Shown here in pieces: positions 1 through 13,091 of a stretch of DNA of 64,000 nt. The position numbers and the translations under genes were made by a program. Under the pieces are notes generated by a model. It did not search any database, had not been told where the DNA came from, and was given only the letters and a program-made list of their open reading frames with translations. Positions within the stretch are counted from its first letter, which is position 1, and each line of letters opens with the position of its first letter. Origin of the DNA: Tubulanus polymorphus (lineage: Eukaryota > Animalia > Nemertea); assembly GCF_964204645.1 (NCBI RefSeq), contig NC_134036.1:1240001-1304000 (forward strand), written 5' to 3'.

Positions 1-1069
1 TTATTAGTAAATGATCGCAATTTTACTGAATCGACGAGCTTATTCTTCTGGCATATAGAATGTAGCTTCATCAAATGAGTGAACAGGTTGTACTTCTAGT
101 ACTGTTAGGAGGTCAACTGATATTATTAGAAATTATGAGTTTTCGGTACTGGTACTAACTTCATTAGGTAAATGGATACAGTCAATGTAGAAATAAAAGT
201 ATCTATAGAGGAGCCAGGAGTTGATACGCAGCGGGAGCCGAGTAATTACAAATAAATTATTAGTGATTAGGTAGAGATGAAATTTCTAATTATTTATAGG
301 GATAGTGACTCTGGCTGAACATTATATATATTTTATATATATTTCAAATTATCCTCAAAGGGTCTTATAGTGACTATGGTTATTATATATATTGTATCTA
401 TAAAACTCTATAAAAGTGTGGAAAGCGTAATGAAGTCGTCATTTTCGAAATTTAACGTCACTCAACGTTTTAAACGCCAACGCTCAACGTCTTCCCTCCC
501 GTAAAATACCCCATCGATAAAACCCTCCCAGGTGTTTGCGTTTGATTCTCTTTGTTTTAATCCGCGGGTAACTAATCCACCTCGCCCGGGGGCTACTACG
601 ATGTTAAATGATGAAGGGATTTATCAGGGAGTAGAAATTAATCCAGGATTGCGGTTTCGGTTAAGCCAGTTGGTGGCGATATAATGCCAGTCCTTACCAA
701 CGTTCAACAAGCATTTTGATCAATAATTCGGCTACGTTTCATTGTTGCAACGCTGTATACTGTTGCAACCGGCAGTATTGTTGACGAAAACACGGAAGAC
801 ATTAGGGGATTTATGAAGGCGGTCATCTTTTTCTGGCAGTATCTATGTATCACTGTATCAATTAAATCTGATGACGTCAGAGAGGGATCTATAAGGACGA
901 GATTTTTATAGGAAGTATCTATAATACGATGATAATAGTAATGATATTTATTTACAGTCCATTACATAAAACATCTCCAACAGATTTTACAAATTCACAA
1001 AACATAAGACAATTGACAGATATATAAAATATTACTCAATTAAATAGAATTCAAACAGTTGCATCAGAT

Positions 1070-1375
1070 AAAAATCATTTGTAGCGCTCATTGAATAGGT
1101 GAGTTTTCAATTGCGAACTAATAAGGGACGATAAGACTGTGGCAAAGCATTCTTAAGATAAAGATCATTTATTTTCCATTTTTTCAAGTTTTCAATTGCG
1201 AAATAAAACTTAAGGGAAGATAGATCGAGCATCGACTGTGGCAAAGCATTCCAAAGGCGGAGAGCTACCACCGCAAAAGCTCGAGAGCCATAAAACTCTT
1301 GGTGGTATCTTGGTTCAAATAATTTAGTTGCCACAGTCAAACGCGTGCGTCTGGAAGGTGTACGAGTAGTTAAAT
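1070..1375 (-). mobile_element. 3' fragment of a non-LTR retrotransposon (L2/CR1 type), degraded, with partly duplicated end
   Basis: ORF 1107-1340 contains YGSRAFAVVALRLWNALP, matching the G.RAF...AP.LWN.LP motif at the C-terminus of L2/CR1 ORF2. The gactgtggcaaagcattc and ttcaattgcgaa blocks each occur twice. Confidence 0.6.
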
Positions 1376-1455
1376 GTGTATCTATCTATACTCGGGAGAG
1401 CCTTATCAGTTTTATCCAAGTATAGGATTTATAAAGACAGCCTTAAGCTAAACAA

Positions 1456-1656
1456 AAATGATAACTTGTTTTTCCGCAGCGGCCGGGTCATTTTTGTGAA
1501 ATATGATAAAATTTGTAAACAATTCATTTCTATAGCGACCGGGTCTGTTATGGTAAAATTGATCACGATTCCAAAAAAGTATAATGTACAGGGTAGATAG
1601 GCGGCCTGTCGGGTCAACTTTTAAACTCAGCAGAAATTAGAGACGAGGTATCAATT
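1456..1656 (+). mobile_element. MITE family A copy (~200 bp, TIR ~AATTGATACCTTGTTTCTC)
   Basis: Degenerate inverted ends. Homologous copies at 11239-11525, 27950-28225 and 33665-33865. Confidence 0.65.
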
Positions 1657-2049
1657 TTTTGCCTTATTTTCCAAAACTCGTCGGTTCGCTATGTTGCAAT
1701 ATGATATGATAGTGATTCCTGCTCTCTGGTTTATGAATTACGTCGTGTATCGATTCAATAATTGAGTATATAATTAGATAATGTGTTTTGTTGTGCAAAC
1801 AAACGCTGTAACCACGGGTATAATAGTGATTGTTGTAGTGAAGCACATCTCGAAAATGAGATTAAATCCACAAAACATTGTGTCGGAACTGAGTCAACAG
1901 TTAAATTATAGGCCGTAACTATGTGGATAGGGCCGGGGTAAGATTAATAGACCCGTAAAAAGGCCATAACTATAATGTGAATAGGGCCGGGGTAAGATTA
2001 ATAAACTCGTAACAAAGCCGTAACTACCAGGGAATGGGACGTTTTGGTT

Positions 2050-2285
2050 AGAAACTGGACCCAGAGTCAAATTTAACCCACACAACCGTGGAACTCAATC
2101 CCAGTGTCGAATTAAACCCACGCAACTGTAGAACTGGATCCAGAATCAAATTAAGCCCACATAACTGTGGAACTACTGGATCCAGAGTCAAATTAAACCC
2201 ATACAACTGTGGAACTACTGGATCCAGAGTTAAATTAAACCCACATAACTGTGGAACTGGGTCCAGAGTCAAATTAGATCCACAT
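2050..2285. repeat. Minisatellite, 42-45-bp unit, ~5-6 copies
   Basis: Repeated gtggaact(act)ggatccagagtcaaattaaacccacataact. It is preceded by a two-copy ~65-bp repeat at 1910-2030. Confidence 0.9.
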
Positions 2286-3360
2286 GATTTCGCAATTTAG
2301 AAATAACGAGATGCAATCTATGAAGGTGTCGATTAAACAGTTTGAAATAGGTGTTAAATAATTTCTACGACGTGTGAAATTGTCAATTATTGAAAGCAAG
2401 AAACCGCGATTTGGCATTTGTGTCAAATCAATTATTGCTTCTATCAAGTGTATTTAAGATGCACCTAGTTATTGAGTTATTACCGAAAAATAACAGGTTT
2501 CAGTCCAGAGTTAACTCTAAACTCACAACACTCAAGCTGTATTTTGTATTTTTGATGAATATTTAGTAAAGCAATCGCCCAATTGGTCCACGAATTTTAT
2601 TATTGCTAACAATATGCTTGTTGTATCAACTTGAGGGTTTACTAGGAGTTCATTACTGGGTCCAATACTGGGTCCAATACCACAACAATAACAATTTAGT
2701 TTGAATTGTAGTTTTGTCGACTATCGACTGGTTAACTCTTAACCAACGTCTGAGCAACAAACACGAGAATTGTCAGCCTAAAATAGGGATGACACGTGAG
2801 CTGTTAGGTATCCCCCGAAATGAAATATTTAAGCGAATTTGTCATAATCGTGGAAATTTTATGTCTATTTTTTTTACATTTAAAGGATGATTTCGAAAAG
2901 AGCCCTGTCATCGCGGAGCAAAGGTTCTTTTTTAGTTTTTTTAAGATGAAAATTTAAATAATTAACTTCGGAAGTAAAGTATAAGTTAATCCTCTTTCAC
3001 AGAAAGAGTATTAACTTATTCAATGAATCAACGATGAGACTTAATCACTTGGGGTCCGATTTCATATATAAAAGTTATCTAAAATTCTCCTACTATTGAT
3101 AGTACACATCAACAAAAGTTGAAATGTATTTTTTGCCTTACCTTACTTTGTATTTTATTCCCTGTGAAATCTCAAATTATCTCCCACTATAGTTCAGATG
3201 GGTCCTCTCTCAGTCACTCTCTCACGCCGCAGTTTTGAATTCGCAGATGTTGCTGCTGCTGCTACTGCTGCTGCTACTGACGTGGTACTTATAGGGGCAA
3301 CAAACACAATATGATAATTGATAATTCTACAGCTGATTTTATAATTCACCCATATCCATT

Positions 3361-3422
3361 TCTGTCTTTCTCTTTCTCTCTCCTCTCTCTCACTCTCTCC
3401 TCTCCTCTCACTCTCTCTTCCC
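3361..3422. repeat. CT-rich microsatellite
   Basis: Degenerate (CT)n, with a GCT run at 3251-3278 nearby. Confidence 0.8.
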
Positions 3423-4217
3423 AAGTCTGAATAACAGAACGATAAAATAATAGGTTTTGAATAAGTGATTATTCACGACATAAAAATGTCCAAAACCTTA
3501 AACGAAAAAAACCAGCGACCAAAGCAGAATAAAAACCAGATTCTCATTTTCCACATACCTTGTTTTAAATCCTACATGTATTCCAAAAATACTGTAGACT
3601 TCAATTCTAATTGAAGTAAAAACATCGGTTATTTCCGTGATACACCCTTAAAGTGTTTTTTAATATTTAATAGTAGTTGGATAAACTATATATATCGTAG
3701 ATTTTAGTACATAAAGTTCAACAAAACAAATATATGGTACAATACCCGACGCGGTCTTTTGAGGGGTCACTTTATTTCCACGTGCGTGCATATTGCTTAG
3801 AACCGCCTTACAATAAACATATTAAAGCCTCGTATAGGTTTGTACTGGTAAATACAAGCCCTCATTACGTATTGTCGCTTCGTTCTGACCTGTCCTCAAT
3901 TTTAATACTTAAAATATCACAAATCCCCGAGAACGTTTTAACATGTCAATATATGAATGGTGGTCGAATTGAACTGTAAACACTATGCACGGGACAGAAT
4001 TTTACCAAAAATATACACGATCGTATTACAAAATACCAGTGAACTCGAATGAAGCCTCCCTAATTGAATTGCTGTTGTAGTCAATCCATATTTTCAGCGA
4101 GGACACCAATATTAAAACTCAACCGTTTTAAGCTTTACCCCGTTAACGAAACGAAACCATTTATCCTTGATTTATTTTCGATTAAACATGTCAAAACTTG
4201 TATCGTTTATACCGGCG

Positions 4218-4357
4218 GGCGACTTTGGGGGAGGACAAAATAAGATGGGTACGGCAGATTTTGGGGGAGGAAAAACTAAGATGGGTACGGCAGACTTAGG
4301 GGGAGGGCAAACTAAGACGGGTACGGCAGACTTTGGGGGAGGACAAACTAAGATGGT
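4218..4357. repeat. 36-bp minisatellite, ~4 copies
   Basis: gggtacggcagactttgggggaggacaaactaagat repeated in tandem. Confidence 0.9.
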
Positions 4358-4699
4358 TACACGCCTACGCTCACAGCTATAACTCATTACTCTCCTTTCG
4401 CACGATCAGTTACACCTTGTAATTAATTACGAAGCCTTGGACTGAGTCCACGTTACTGTTGTAGATTTATATTTAAGTCTGTGTTGTTGCTGTTGACGCT
4501 TGTGTATTTGAAGAAAGTAATCACCAGGGAAGGAGAGGGAGAGTGTTATATAAATGTCGTTTGGTTGAATTTATAAGTGGTCTTTGATTAACAGCGTTAT
4601 CGCGTATCTCACACGTTACGTAGCTTTCTATTGTTTGAGTGAGGCAAACGAATCGAATATATTAGTTTCTTATTTCGTGTAAGAGCCTCGGTCCCGACC

Positions 4700-5902
4700 G
4701 CTTTTGGAAAGTGTATGTGTTGGAGTGGATGGTAACTTTCTGAATGCATGGATTGATGTGCTTCAGTGCATGCCATCTTCTGGATTGATTGGCTAATTTC
4801 GGAATCCTTGCATTGATGTGCTTGAGTGCTTGGCAACTTTTGGATTGCACGGCAACTTTTGGAATGCATGGATTGATGTGCTTGGTTGCATATGGTATCT
4901 TTCGGAAATGTTTGAGTGCATGGCAATTTTCGGAATTGCTTGATTGCATGGCAACTCTTTGGATGCTTACATTAATGTGCTTGAGTGCATAGCAACTTTT
5001 GAAATTGCTTGTGTGCTTGGCAACTTTTGGATTGCACGGCAACTTTTGGAACGCATGGATCGATGTGCTTGATTGAATGGCATCTTCCGAAAATGTTTGA
5101 TTGCATGGCAACGCTTGGAATTGCATGAGTGCATAGAAACATTTGGAATTGTTTGAGTGCATGGCAACTTTTGGAACGCAAAAATGATGTGTTTGATTGC
5201 ATGGCAGCTTTTGGAATGCTTGCATTGATGTGCTCGATGGCATGGCATCTTTCGGGATTGCTTGAGTGCATGGCACCTTTTGGAACGCATGGCAACTTTT
5301 GACATGCTTGCATTGATGTGCTTGATTGCAGGGCAACTTTTGGAATTGCTTGAGTACATAGCAACTTTCGGAATTGTTTGATTGCATGGCAACTTTTGGA
5401 ATGCTTGCATTGATGTGCTCGATGGCATGGCAACTTTCTGAACTGTTTGTTTGCATGGCATCTTTTGGAATGCATGAATTGATGAATGCTTGATTGCATG
5501 GCAACTTTTGGGGTGTATGGCAACTTTTGGAATGCATGAATTGATAAAGGTTTGATTGCATGGCATCTTTCCGAATTGCTTGAATGCATGGCAACTTTTT
5601 GAATGCTTGCATTGCAATTTACATGTTTGCGAGGTAATGCTTGTTTGATTGCATGGCAACTTTTGGAATGTATGAATTGATAAATGTTTGATTGCATGGC
5701 AACTTTTGGAGTGTATGGCAACTTTTGAAATGTATGAATTGATGAATGTTTGATTGCATGGAAACTTTTGGAGTGTATGCCAACTTTTGGAATGCATGAA
5801 TTGATAAAGGTTTGATTGCATGGCATCTTTCCGAATTGCTTGAATGCATGGCAACTTTTTGAATGCTTGCATTGCAATTTACATGTTTGCGAGGTAATGC
5901 TT
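4700..5902. repeat. Complex satellite built on ttgattgcatggcaacttttggaa, with a higher-order 260-bp duplication
   Basis: Dozens of (t)tgcatggcaac(t)ttt cores. 5521-5642 is repeated essentially exactly at 5781-5902. Confidence 0.9.
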
Positions 5903-6656
5903 TGAGTTTGTATGTTTATGTGCTTAGTATTTTTTTTTCCAAATCATAGACTTAGTGTGTGCGGTATCTTTCTAAGATAGGGAAAAAGAAAATTTCTGTT
6001 TATGTTTTGATTCAGAACACGTTGAAATTGTCTTTCTTGGCCTGACATCCATTAACTGCTGTTTGAAACGTGTTAATTACCGATTCTAGAAATAATATCC
6101 GCGTCAACACACCGAGTTACACAGACCGACTGAGTGGAGACAGTGAGTGGAAACGTAGTGAGGAAACAGAGTGTGGATAGTAAACCGTGCCGTTACCTTA
6201 GTGAAAGCCACTCACCGGGCTTCATTAGTATCAACAACAAGAATTATCAATTTTACCCGATTATACTGAAGAAAGCTTATCACTGTATTTCAAGGTTTTC
6301 AATTAGATTTTACTGAATATTTTCCCTGAGATTTGCGATAGCGATTATCTGATATTTTTGATAATATGCATGTAAATCAAGGTCACTCGATAATGATAAT
6401 ATCGATAGAATAGAAAGATGGAAAATTATGAAATATTGTTTTAAGATAAAATTCCGGACAAACCTGTGAGGTAAGGCTTAAAGGACAAGCTCATATTCAT
6501 ACTGATATTTTGAACACATATTTGATAACTATGATAACGTTGGGTTGGAGTCATCCCTTTAAGTAGCAAGTTTTTTTTTATAAGTGTGACTCGAGCCCTT
6601 AGGTATAGAACTTAACCAGCGACTTGTTGAATAGTATATTCAATATTTGTTTTTAA

Positions 6657-9287
6657 CCCTGGGAAGCCCAAACCATCTTATAGGTCTCAGAAAAATATTT
6701 GCAGCTAGTGAATAATACATCAGCATGCCAGCTATCAGAATCTAGTGATTTTTCCAGCATCCTCTGACCTTGACCTACTTTTCCAGACTGGGTCATATAT
6801 GACCCAGTGGGCTACAATGACATAAAATGTTTAAAAATATAAATCAAGCCAAAGTCTTAAATTAGATAAATCATCACTTTATTACAGCTCAATTTCTAAC
6901 ATGATACTCTTTGTAACAATTTCTGCGCTCATTGAAGCATAGGGGAATGTTACATTTTTCACATATGGTATCGGTCTTCAAACTGCAGATAGGGCAGCGA
7001 CCCCGTTTTTCTGCTTTCTGTGGCCAATGGGCTAATTGATCGTATCTTCCATCTAAGCTAGGTTTGATGCGTACCATCTTCGCAGGTACAGGGGAAGGAT
7101 CACCAGCAGTAGATGGCCGACCACGCTTCCTTCGCATTCCAACTTCAACTAAGCCATGTGCGATTTCTGCTTGAAACTGCCTAAGCCTGAGAATAGACTT
7201 TTCCGGTGTGTTATGCAATCTGGAGTCACGTTTATAAAGTAACCAGGCATTTATGACCGCAACACTGACAAAATGCCAGAATAAAATAGTATACCACCTA
7301 CGGGTTCGAAACCTAAATTTACTGTGTGCTAAATAGGCATCTAAAATATCAACCCCTCCCATAAAAGAATTATATTCCTTCACAAGAAACGGCCTATTGA
7401 CATCACGAAAATCATTCCTGGCTTTGTCCCACCTACGAGCTGCCTCAATAGGCTCAATACTGGAACAGGTTGTAATAAATGTTACAGACTTTGTGTCTTG
7501 CCAGCGTAGACACATCACTTTCTCAGTATTCTCCACACGAAAACTATGACTTCCACGCCCCTTCGCTTTCAATTCTTTCTCGGAAGGCAAAGGGCAATTG
7601 CCAAGTCTATTTGCCCTTGCTGTACCGGTGTAATAAAACCCAGAAGTCAGGAGTTTTGTAGCCAGTTGTACAGAGGAGAACAAATTATCTGCAAAAATTT
7701 TATATCCACAATTTTTTGACAAGGTTTCACACAGTTTCATCACAATGTTACCAGCTATACCGAGTTTCTGATCATAATCATCACCTTTCTCAGCGCCTTT
7801 CCCTTGATATACCTCAAAATCATAACAGAAACCACTGTTGTCACACCTACACCAGATTTTAAACCCCCAAGGGTGTGGTTTATTTTTGATATATTGCCTC
7901 ATACCACTGAACTTGCCCTTATAGGGCACCATTTGCTCATCAATCGATAGCTGCTGGGGAGGAGTAACCAGACGGCAACGATCCCTAAACATATTTATCA
8001 ATGGACGAAGCTTCCACAGCTTGTCCTTCTTATCATCATCGCACACGGCATTGTTATCTACAAAGTGAATATATGCAATCAAATTTAAAAACCGATTCCT
8101 GGGCATAACATCGGACACTTGGGGATAACGGATGTAGGTGTCCCAGTACATACGGACACTGTTCATTTGAACTAAGCCCATACGCATATAAATCCCAAGT
8201 AAAAGTTCGATTTCCTTCTCATTAGATACATCTACCAGCTCCTATTTTCTGAGAGCTATACAAGTTTGTATTGTCTACAATCAATTTTATCATGTCCGAA
8301 GTGAAAAAGCGACGAAAATACTCTAACGGAGTTTCAGTTACTCCTGTTGGATCTGTCGGTTCAATATTTGTCCCAGTAAAGTTCACAACAGGTACAACAA
8401 AATTAGACTTTGACCAAATATACCGCCGATTTATACCCTGACCAACGCCAGCCATCTGAGCCAATGGAATGTCATCATCAGAATCAAAGCCTTCACTTTC
8501 ATTTTCATCGCCTGGAAATTCATCGTCATCGCTTTGTTGTGAAGCAGCAGGTTGCATGTCTTCATCGTTGTAATCATCGGGGTCTGGGAATTCATCATCA
8601 TCATCATCATCACTCTGTTCATCATCCCCAATATCACTGTCATCCGCTGTAACCGCATCAATTATTTGGTTCAGACTCATACATTTACGAGGACGTTCCA
8701 TTGTATTTGATGTCGATGACAATGGATGTCAGAATCTGAAAAATAAGATCAGTAATTTAATCATAAATGTTCTCTGATAATGCTGAAATTCATTTAAGTT
8801 AGATGATTTATTGATACAAACCCTTGGAAGAAAATCGTGAATAAATTTATAAAAATTTTTATTTTCATATCACCATGACTAAGGTTGACATTTCATCCCA
8901 GTGGGTCACATATGACCCCACCAAAAAGCACCGGTTTGTTTGAACACACGGATATGTAAATCAGAACTGTCACTGTTGCTAGACATTCTTTATAATTTAT
9001 TTTTTCGAATTATCACTTGTAAATAAGCTTTACATACCTTATTTGAGTATAAATTGTCGAACACAAACTGGCCTGACCATCCAATTTTCAATTCATGGGC
9101 GCAGCCATTTTGTAATGAACAAAGTTGTTACAAGATGTCGCCACAATCTTGTTACCATTGGGTCATATGTGGAACATCGGGTTGTAGGTTCAGTAAAAAT
9201 AGTAAAATGAATGGAAAATTAACATCTCAAGTTCCCAGGGGTACCCAAATGAGGTGGGTCACATGTGACCCACAGGGCTACCCAGGG
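6657..9287 (-). mobile_element. piggyBac DNA transposon, full length (2631 bp)
   Basis: TTAA at 6653-6656 and 9288-9291. TIRs CCCTGGGAAGCCC and reverse complement CCCTGGGTAGCCC (12/13 match). Internal transposase present. Confidence 0.96.
6889..8701 (-). pseudogene. piggyBac transposase (PGBD3-like), one frameshift near 8222-8230
   Basis: N-part from ATG 8701 (acidic tail, TPLEYFRRFFT, NTNLYS) stops at 8222. The other frame continues SNEKEIELLLGIYMRMGLV and carries the DDD triad (SIDEQM, FADNLF, MGGVDILD) and the C-terminal Cys-rich domain RCPIC..CEKC..LC..NCYKEYH. AATAAA on the minus strand at 6878-6883. Confidence 0.92.
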
Positions 9288-9880
9288 TTAAAGAATTCCC
9301 GAACGTTGCTATCGAGCAACTTGCGAAATATCCATAACGACATGATTAGTTGATAGATAAAAAAGTGTTGTTGGTGTGATTGTTGGCGGGAGGCGTTAGT
9401 TAGGTGGGCTCTATCTGACAAATCCGTTTGACACGACTCTGCTGATGGATGAGGCTTCCTCCTTTAGCGGGAGACAAAAGTTCAGAGAGACAAATTGTGA
9501 TTAGATGTCAGGTCTAAACTAAATGTACAGTAAAAGTAGTTTATAATGCTCCCGTGGGGGCCAATGGAAAATTTGGTAGCGTTATAAAGAATGGTATTTT
9601 CGAATTTGAGATTGAGCAATTTTTTGTGTGAAAAATGTTGGCATTAAGAAAACAGCGGCATTAAACAGGATGGCCGCGTTATAATGGATCTGACTGCATA
9701 GTCCGCTAGATGGCGGATGTGAATATCGTACACGTATATTCTTCTGATTGTGACATTTTGCTATCTGTTGTAAACCCAATAAAATCCGCTAGATGGCGGA
9801 TGTGCATATCGTACACGAGTCTACCATTTATAAAAAAATAATTAAGCCAATTCGAAAATTGTTATTGGAGAAGAAGACTC

Positions 9881-10010
9881 TGGCCAAGTGCTCAAAAGTT
9901 GGTTAAAGATAACCGGCCGTTAAATACCATAGTAAAAATGAGATTTCAATTGATACCATATCGACTATCCACTTGTTAACTCCAACCAACTTTTGACCAA
10001 CCGGCCCCTG
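9881..10010. mobile_element. MITE family D copy
   Basis: Inverted ends tcaaaagttggttaaagataac / gttaactccaaccaacttttga. Related copies at 26677-26885 and 47940-48051, fragment at ~2715-2760. Confidence 0.65.
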
Positions 10011-10304
10011 TAATTTCACGTAGCATAGAAAACAGAAACTCGATCTAGAATGACAGGAGCAAGAGTTAAAGTTCGTTTATCAGAGTCAAATACCCTTTTT
10101 TCATTGGTCCCAACAGTCAAATTATAAAAGGACAACCATTCGATGTCGGCGCTGTGACAATGTATAGAAAATCCCATACTGATATAACGCCAAGGTGAAG
10201 TCTAAAAATTTACTTTCTAATAATTCATTGATTCGTCGTTTCGACTATAACCTAATAGTCATCTTCCTTAGGAATGTTGTGATTTGAATGTACAACAGCT
10301 GCTC

Positions 10305-10424
10305 AAAACTCGGTTCTTAAAAAGTAGTCTTAATCATAGGGTTTGTCATAAGCTGTTAGAATAGCTTTATAACTAAGATGGACTATTCTTAAGTCTAAGT
10401 CATGACATTAGAACCGGGCCCCAG
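10305..10424. mobile_element. MITE family B, degraded copy
   Basis: Ends in cttaagtctaagtcatgac...accgggccccag, as in the copy at 23461-23604. Confidence 0.5.
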
Positions 10425-11238
10425 ATGGTTTACTTTAACCATATCCTCAGGAATGTAGAATCGATAGATTATTAGCTTTGAGGAAACTTTTCGGAATTCA
10501 TCTTCCTCATTTTTATAGAACGTCTCTACATATATCGTCAGAACACAGACACCAATAGTTTTCAAGAATACTCGTGCTGTAAGATTTTTAACATTATTTT
10601 CAGTAGAGCCGTAATCTCTATTCTAAACGACATTTATTGTGAACAGACAAATATAAAGATAATTCCTGAGAGACCTGATTTTCATCGCTAGTTTGGCGCT
10701 TATACTACGTCTGCGCTGGCTGGGGATATAACTATTACTATTTGATTAAGGAGAATTCGCGAAATTAAACCCGCGTCACGATTTCAAGTCGTTATTTTCC
10801 CAATCAGTGTCGGTGGCGTCACCTATTGCGTAAATACGCGGAAGGAAAGCAGACGATAAATTCAGTTTTATCTTCCTCGAGATAAAGAGCTGATATGTTT
10901 TTATCCCGTGTATTTGACGAGGAGTCGTTAAAGGGGAGAGGGGAAAGGGAGGAGGGCGGTTGGGTGTTGAGAGGGTAGCTCGACAAGATTTATCGGTTTA
11001 TTAATGGATATGACTTTTTCCTACGACACGAACTTTGGATGATTCTGCCATGAATTGATCTACATTTTTTTTTCAGCAAAGTGAATTTTCAGTTTCGTTT
11101 TTTCGTTTCCTTGTTCGAATTTGCAGACATCAATCCGTAGTTGTGTAGTTTCTCTGTGATGGGGAGAGAGAATAAGGTGACTTGTAGATTTCTGATATCT
11201 GCTGATATGCGAACCCACTAATATGATGCTGTTTGGGC

Positions 11239-11525
11239 TAGAATATAATTGATACCTTGTTTTTCGTAATCGGTCGGGTCGTTTTTGTAAACTGCGGTGA
11301 AATTTGTAATCGGTTAATTTCTATAACTGCTGGGTCTGTTATTGTTAGCTTGATCATGATTTAAATCCGTTGACCCGACCCTGTACATTACTCTTTTTGA
11401 TATATCATGATCAATCTAACAATTACAGAACCAACAGTTATAGAAATTAACTGATTATAAATTTTATTGCACTTTACGAAAGTGACCCGGCCGATAAGGA
11501 GAATCAAGGTAATCATCTTATTCTA
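11239..11525. mobile_element. MITE family A, two copies fused in opposite orientation (long imperfect palindrome)
   Basis: The ~120-bp arm 11239-11360 is mirrored by 11404-11525. Confidence 0.75.
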
Positions 11526-12860
11526 GTTTAATAAGCTATTTAAACGTAAACAGTATTGTGGTTTAACCAATCGAAACCTGAACCTTCTAGATTTTGATAA
11601 AGTTCTTATCCTGAACACAAAAATAAAAACCAAATCCTCTTTTATTTATATTTAGAGTAGAACAGTAAACTTGAATTTTTATTGATCCAAAAATAAACAA
11701 TAAATATCTCTTTTTTTGAAAAATAATTTTCTTTCATTATTAAAAACGTCAACATGTATTTTATATTTTTGTATATTATTATTTTATATTAAAAAAATTG
11801 TGTTATCACAGATTTTAACTTTTAACTAGAAATATTACTTTGTCTATTTACAAAATCACAGAATATATTCGGATCTATCTTGGATCATGTTTCCAATCCT
11901 AATCGTTTATTGCATTTCATTTAAGTAGGCTCGTGATAATTAAGACCCAGATTTTGTGCATCTAAATGAGAATTTCTAAAAATTGACCCTGGAATATGAT
12001 AGTTAAAAACAAAAACTATCTTGATTCCAAGTTTAGCCAAACTATTGTCAACCGTATCTCAGTATGTCGGTTATAGATAACATTAAAACATTCAAAAAAT
12101 ATCACAGAATATTTCGGGTTCAGATCTCATAAACTAGGCACTAATTCTAATCCCAGAGATATTTGCTTCCATGGTAATTAGCTTTAGTGTAAGGTTATAT
12201 TTATACCTAGTTTACGGAAATTTCACCCTCAGCAGTTTTTCTAAAAAAAGAAATTAAGTTAAACGAAAATATATAAAATTCATATCTTAAATTACAACAA
12301 CGAAATGCAACCGAAAGTGCATTGATATCCGATTTCCGAACGCCACTTGAAACCGCCGCCATTTTTTGTTTTCACCGCCGCGACGGTTACTACCGGTCGT
12401 TATTGTTGCGTCGGTAACTGTATCACTATACGGTAACGAAAGTTTATATCGAAAGTGTTTCTGGATTAAGAAGTCGTGCTGCGAATCGTTTTTACACTCC
12501 TCGATAGGAGACGACTTCTTAGAAAATGTAAGATGACCGAGTTTGCGCGCCCAATGTCCGTTTTGTGGTTTGTGTCTTTGTCGAGGCAAAATTTCATGTC
12601 TAAGGTCAAGTGCTCGATCAAATTAAGATCTAATTTCTTATATCGAAGATCTTTTGTTTCGGAAAACTTTCCCACGACAATTCGTTCAGACAGTTGAAAT
12701 CGTAAATGTTATATCGTATGTCTCTCAGTCCGTAGATCTTAAGTCCGATATAGATCAAATCGTAGTTCGAATATCTTATATGCTTATGGCACGATATTCG
12801 AGATTCGAGGTCTCCGAAGCGTTCTCCTTGGGAGAATTAATGAAGTTTTTGACTAATATT

Positions 12861-13091
12861 TCACAAATTCGTATCGACTGCTGAAGTAGGAGGTGTCTCG
12901 CCCCCCAAGTTAACACCGCCACCTGCACTGACACCGCCACCTGCACTGACACCGCCACCTGCACTGACACTGGCGCCCAAGTTGACACTGCCGCCTGCAG
13001 AGCCGCCTTGTTGTTTTTTCTTGAAAATAGCCTTCAATTTATCGCTCAATTTAGACCCTGTGCTCGAGTTCGACCCACGACGTTCTGAATC
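12861..13091 (-). CDS. Terminal coding exon of AHNAK-like gene (DSERRG...AVDTNL*)
   Basis: Acceptor tatttatttcag|GAT in phase 0; contains an 18-bp VSAGGG repeat. Candidate minus-strand AATAAA signals at 11678-11683 and 11641-11646. Confidence 0.8.
   Translation of the reverse strand, partial: DSERRGSNSSTGSKLSDKLKAIFKKKQQGGSAGGSVNLGASVSAGGGVSAGGGVSAGGGVNLGGETPPTSAVDTNL

Noticed and set aside
4609-5877. Cys/His-rich ~300-aa ORFs as genes
   Set aside because: Open in all three frames of a satellite whose units vary in length without regard to frame.
6478-6562. TTAA-AGG...CCT-TTAA segment as a Kolobok-like mini element
   Set aside because: Inverted ends are too short and mismatched to support.
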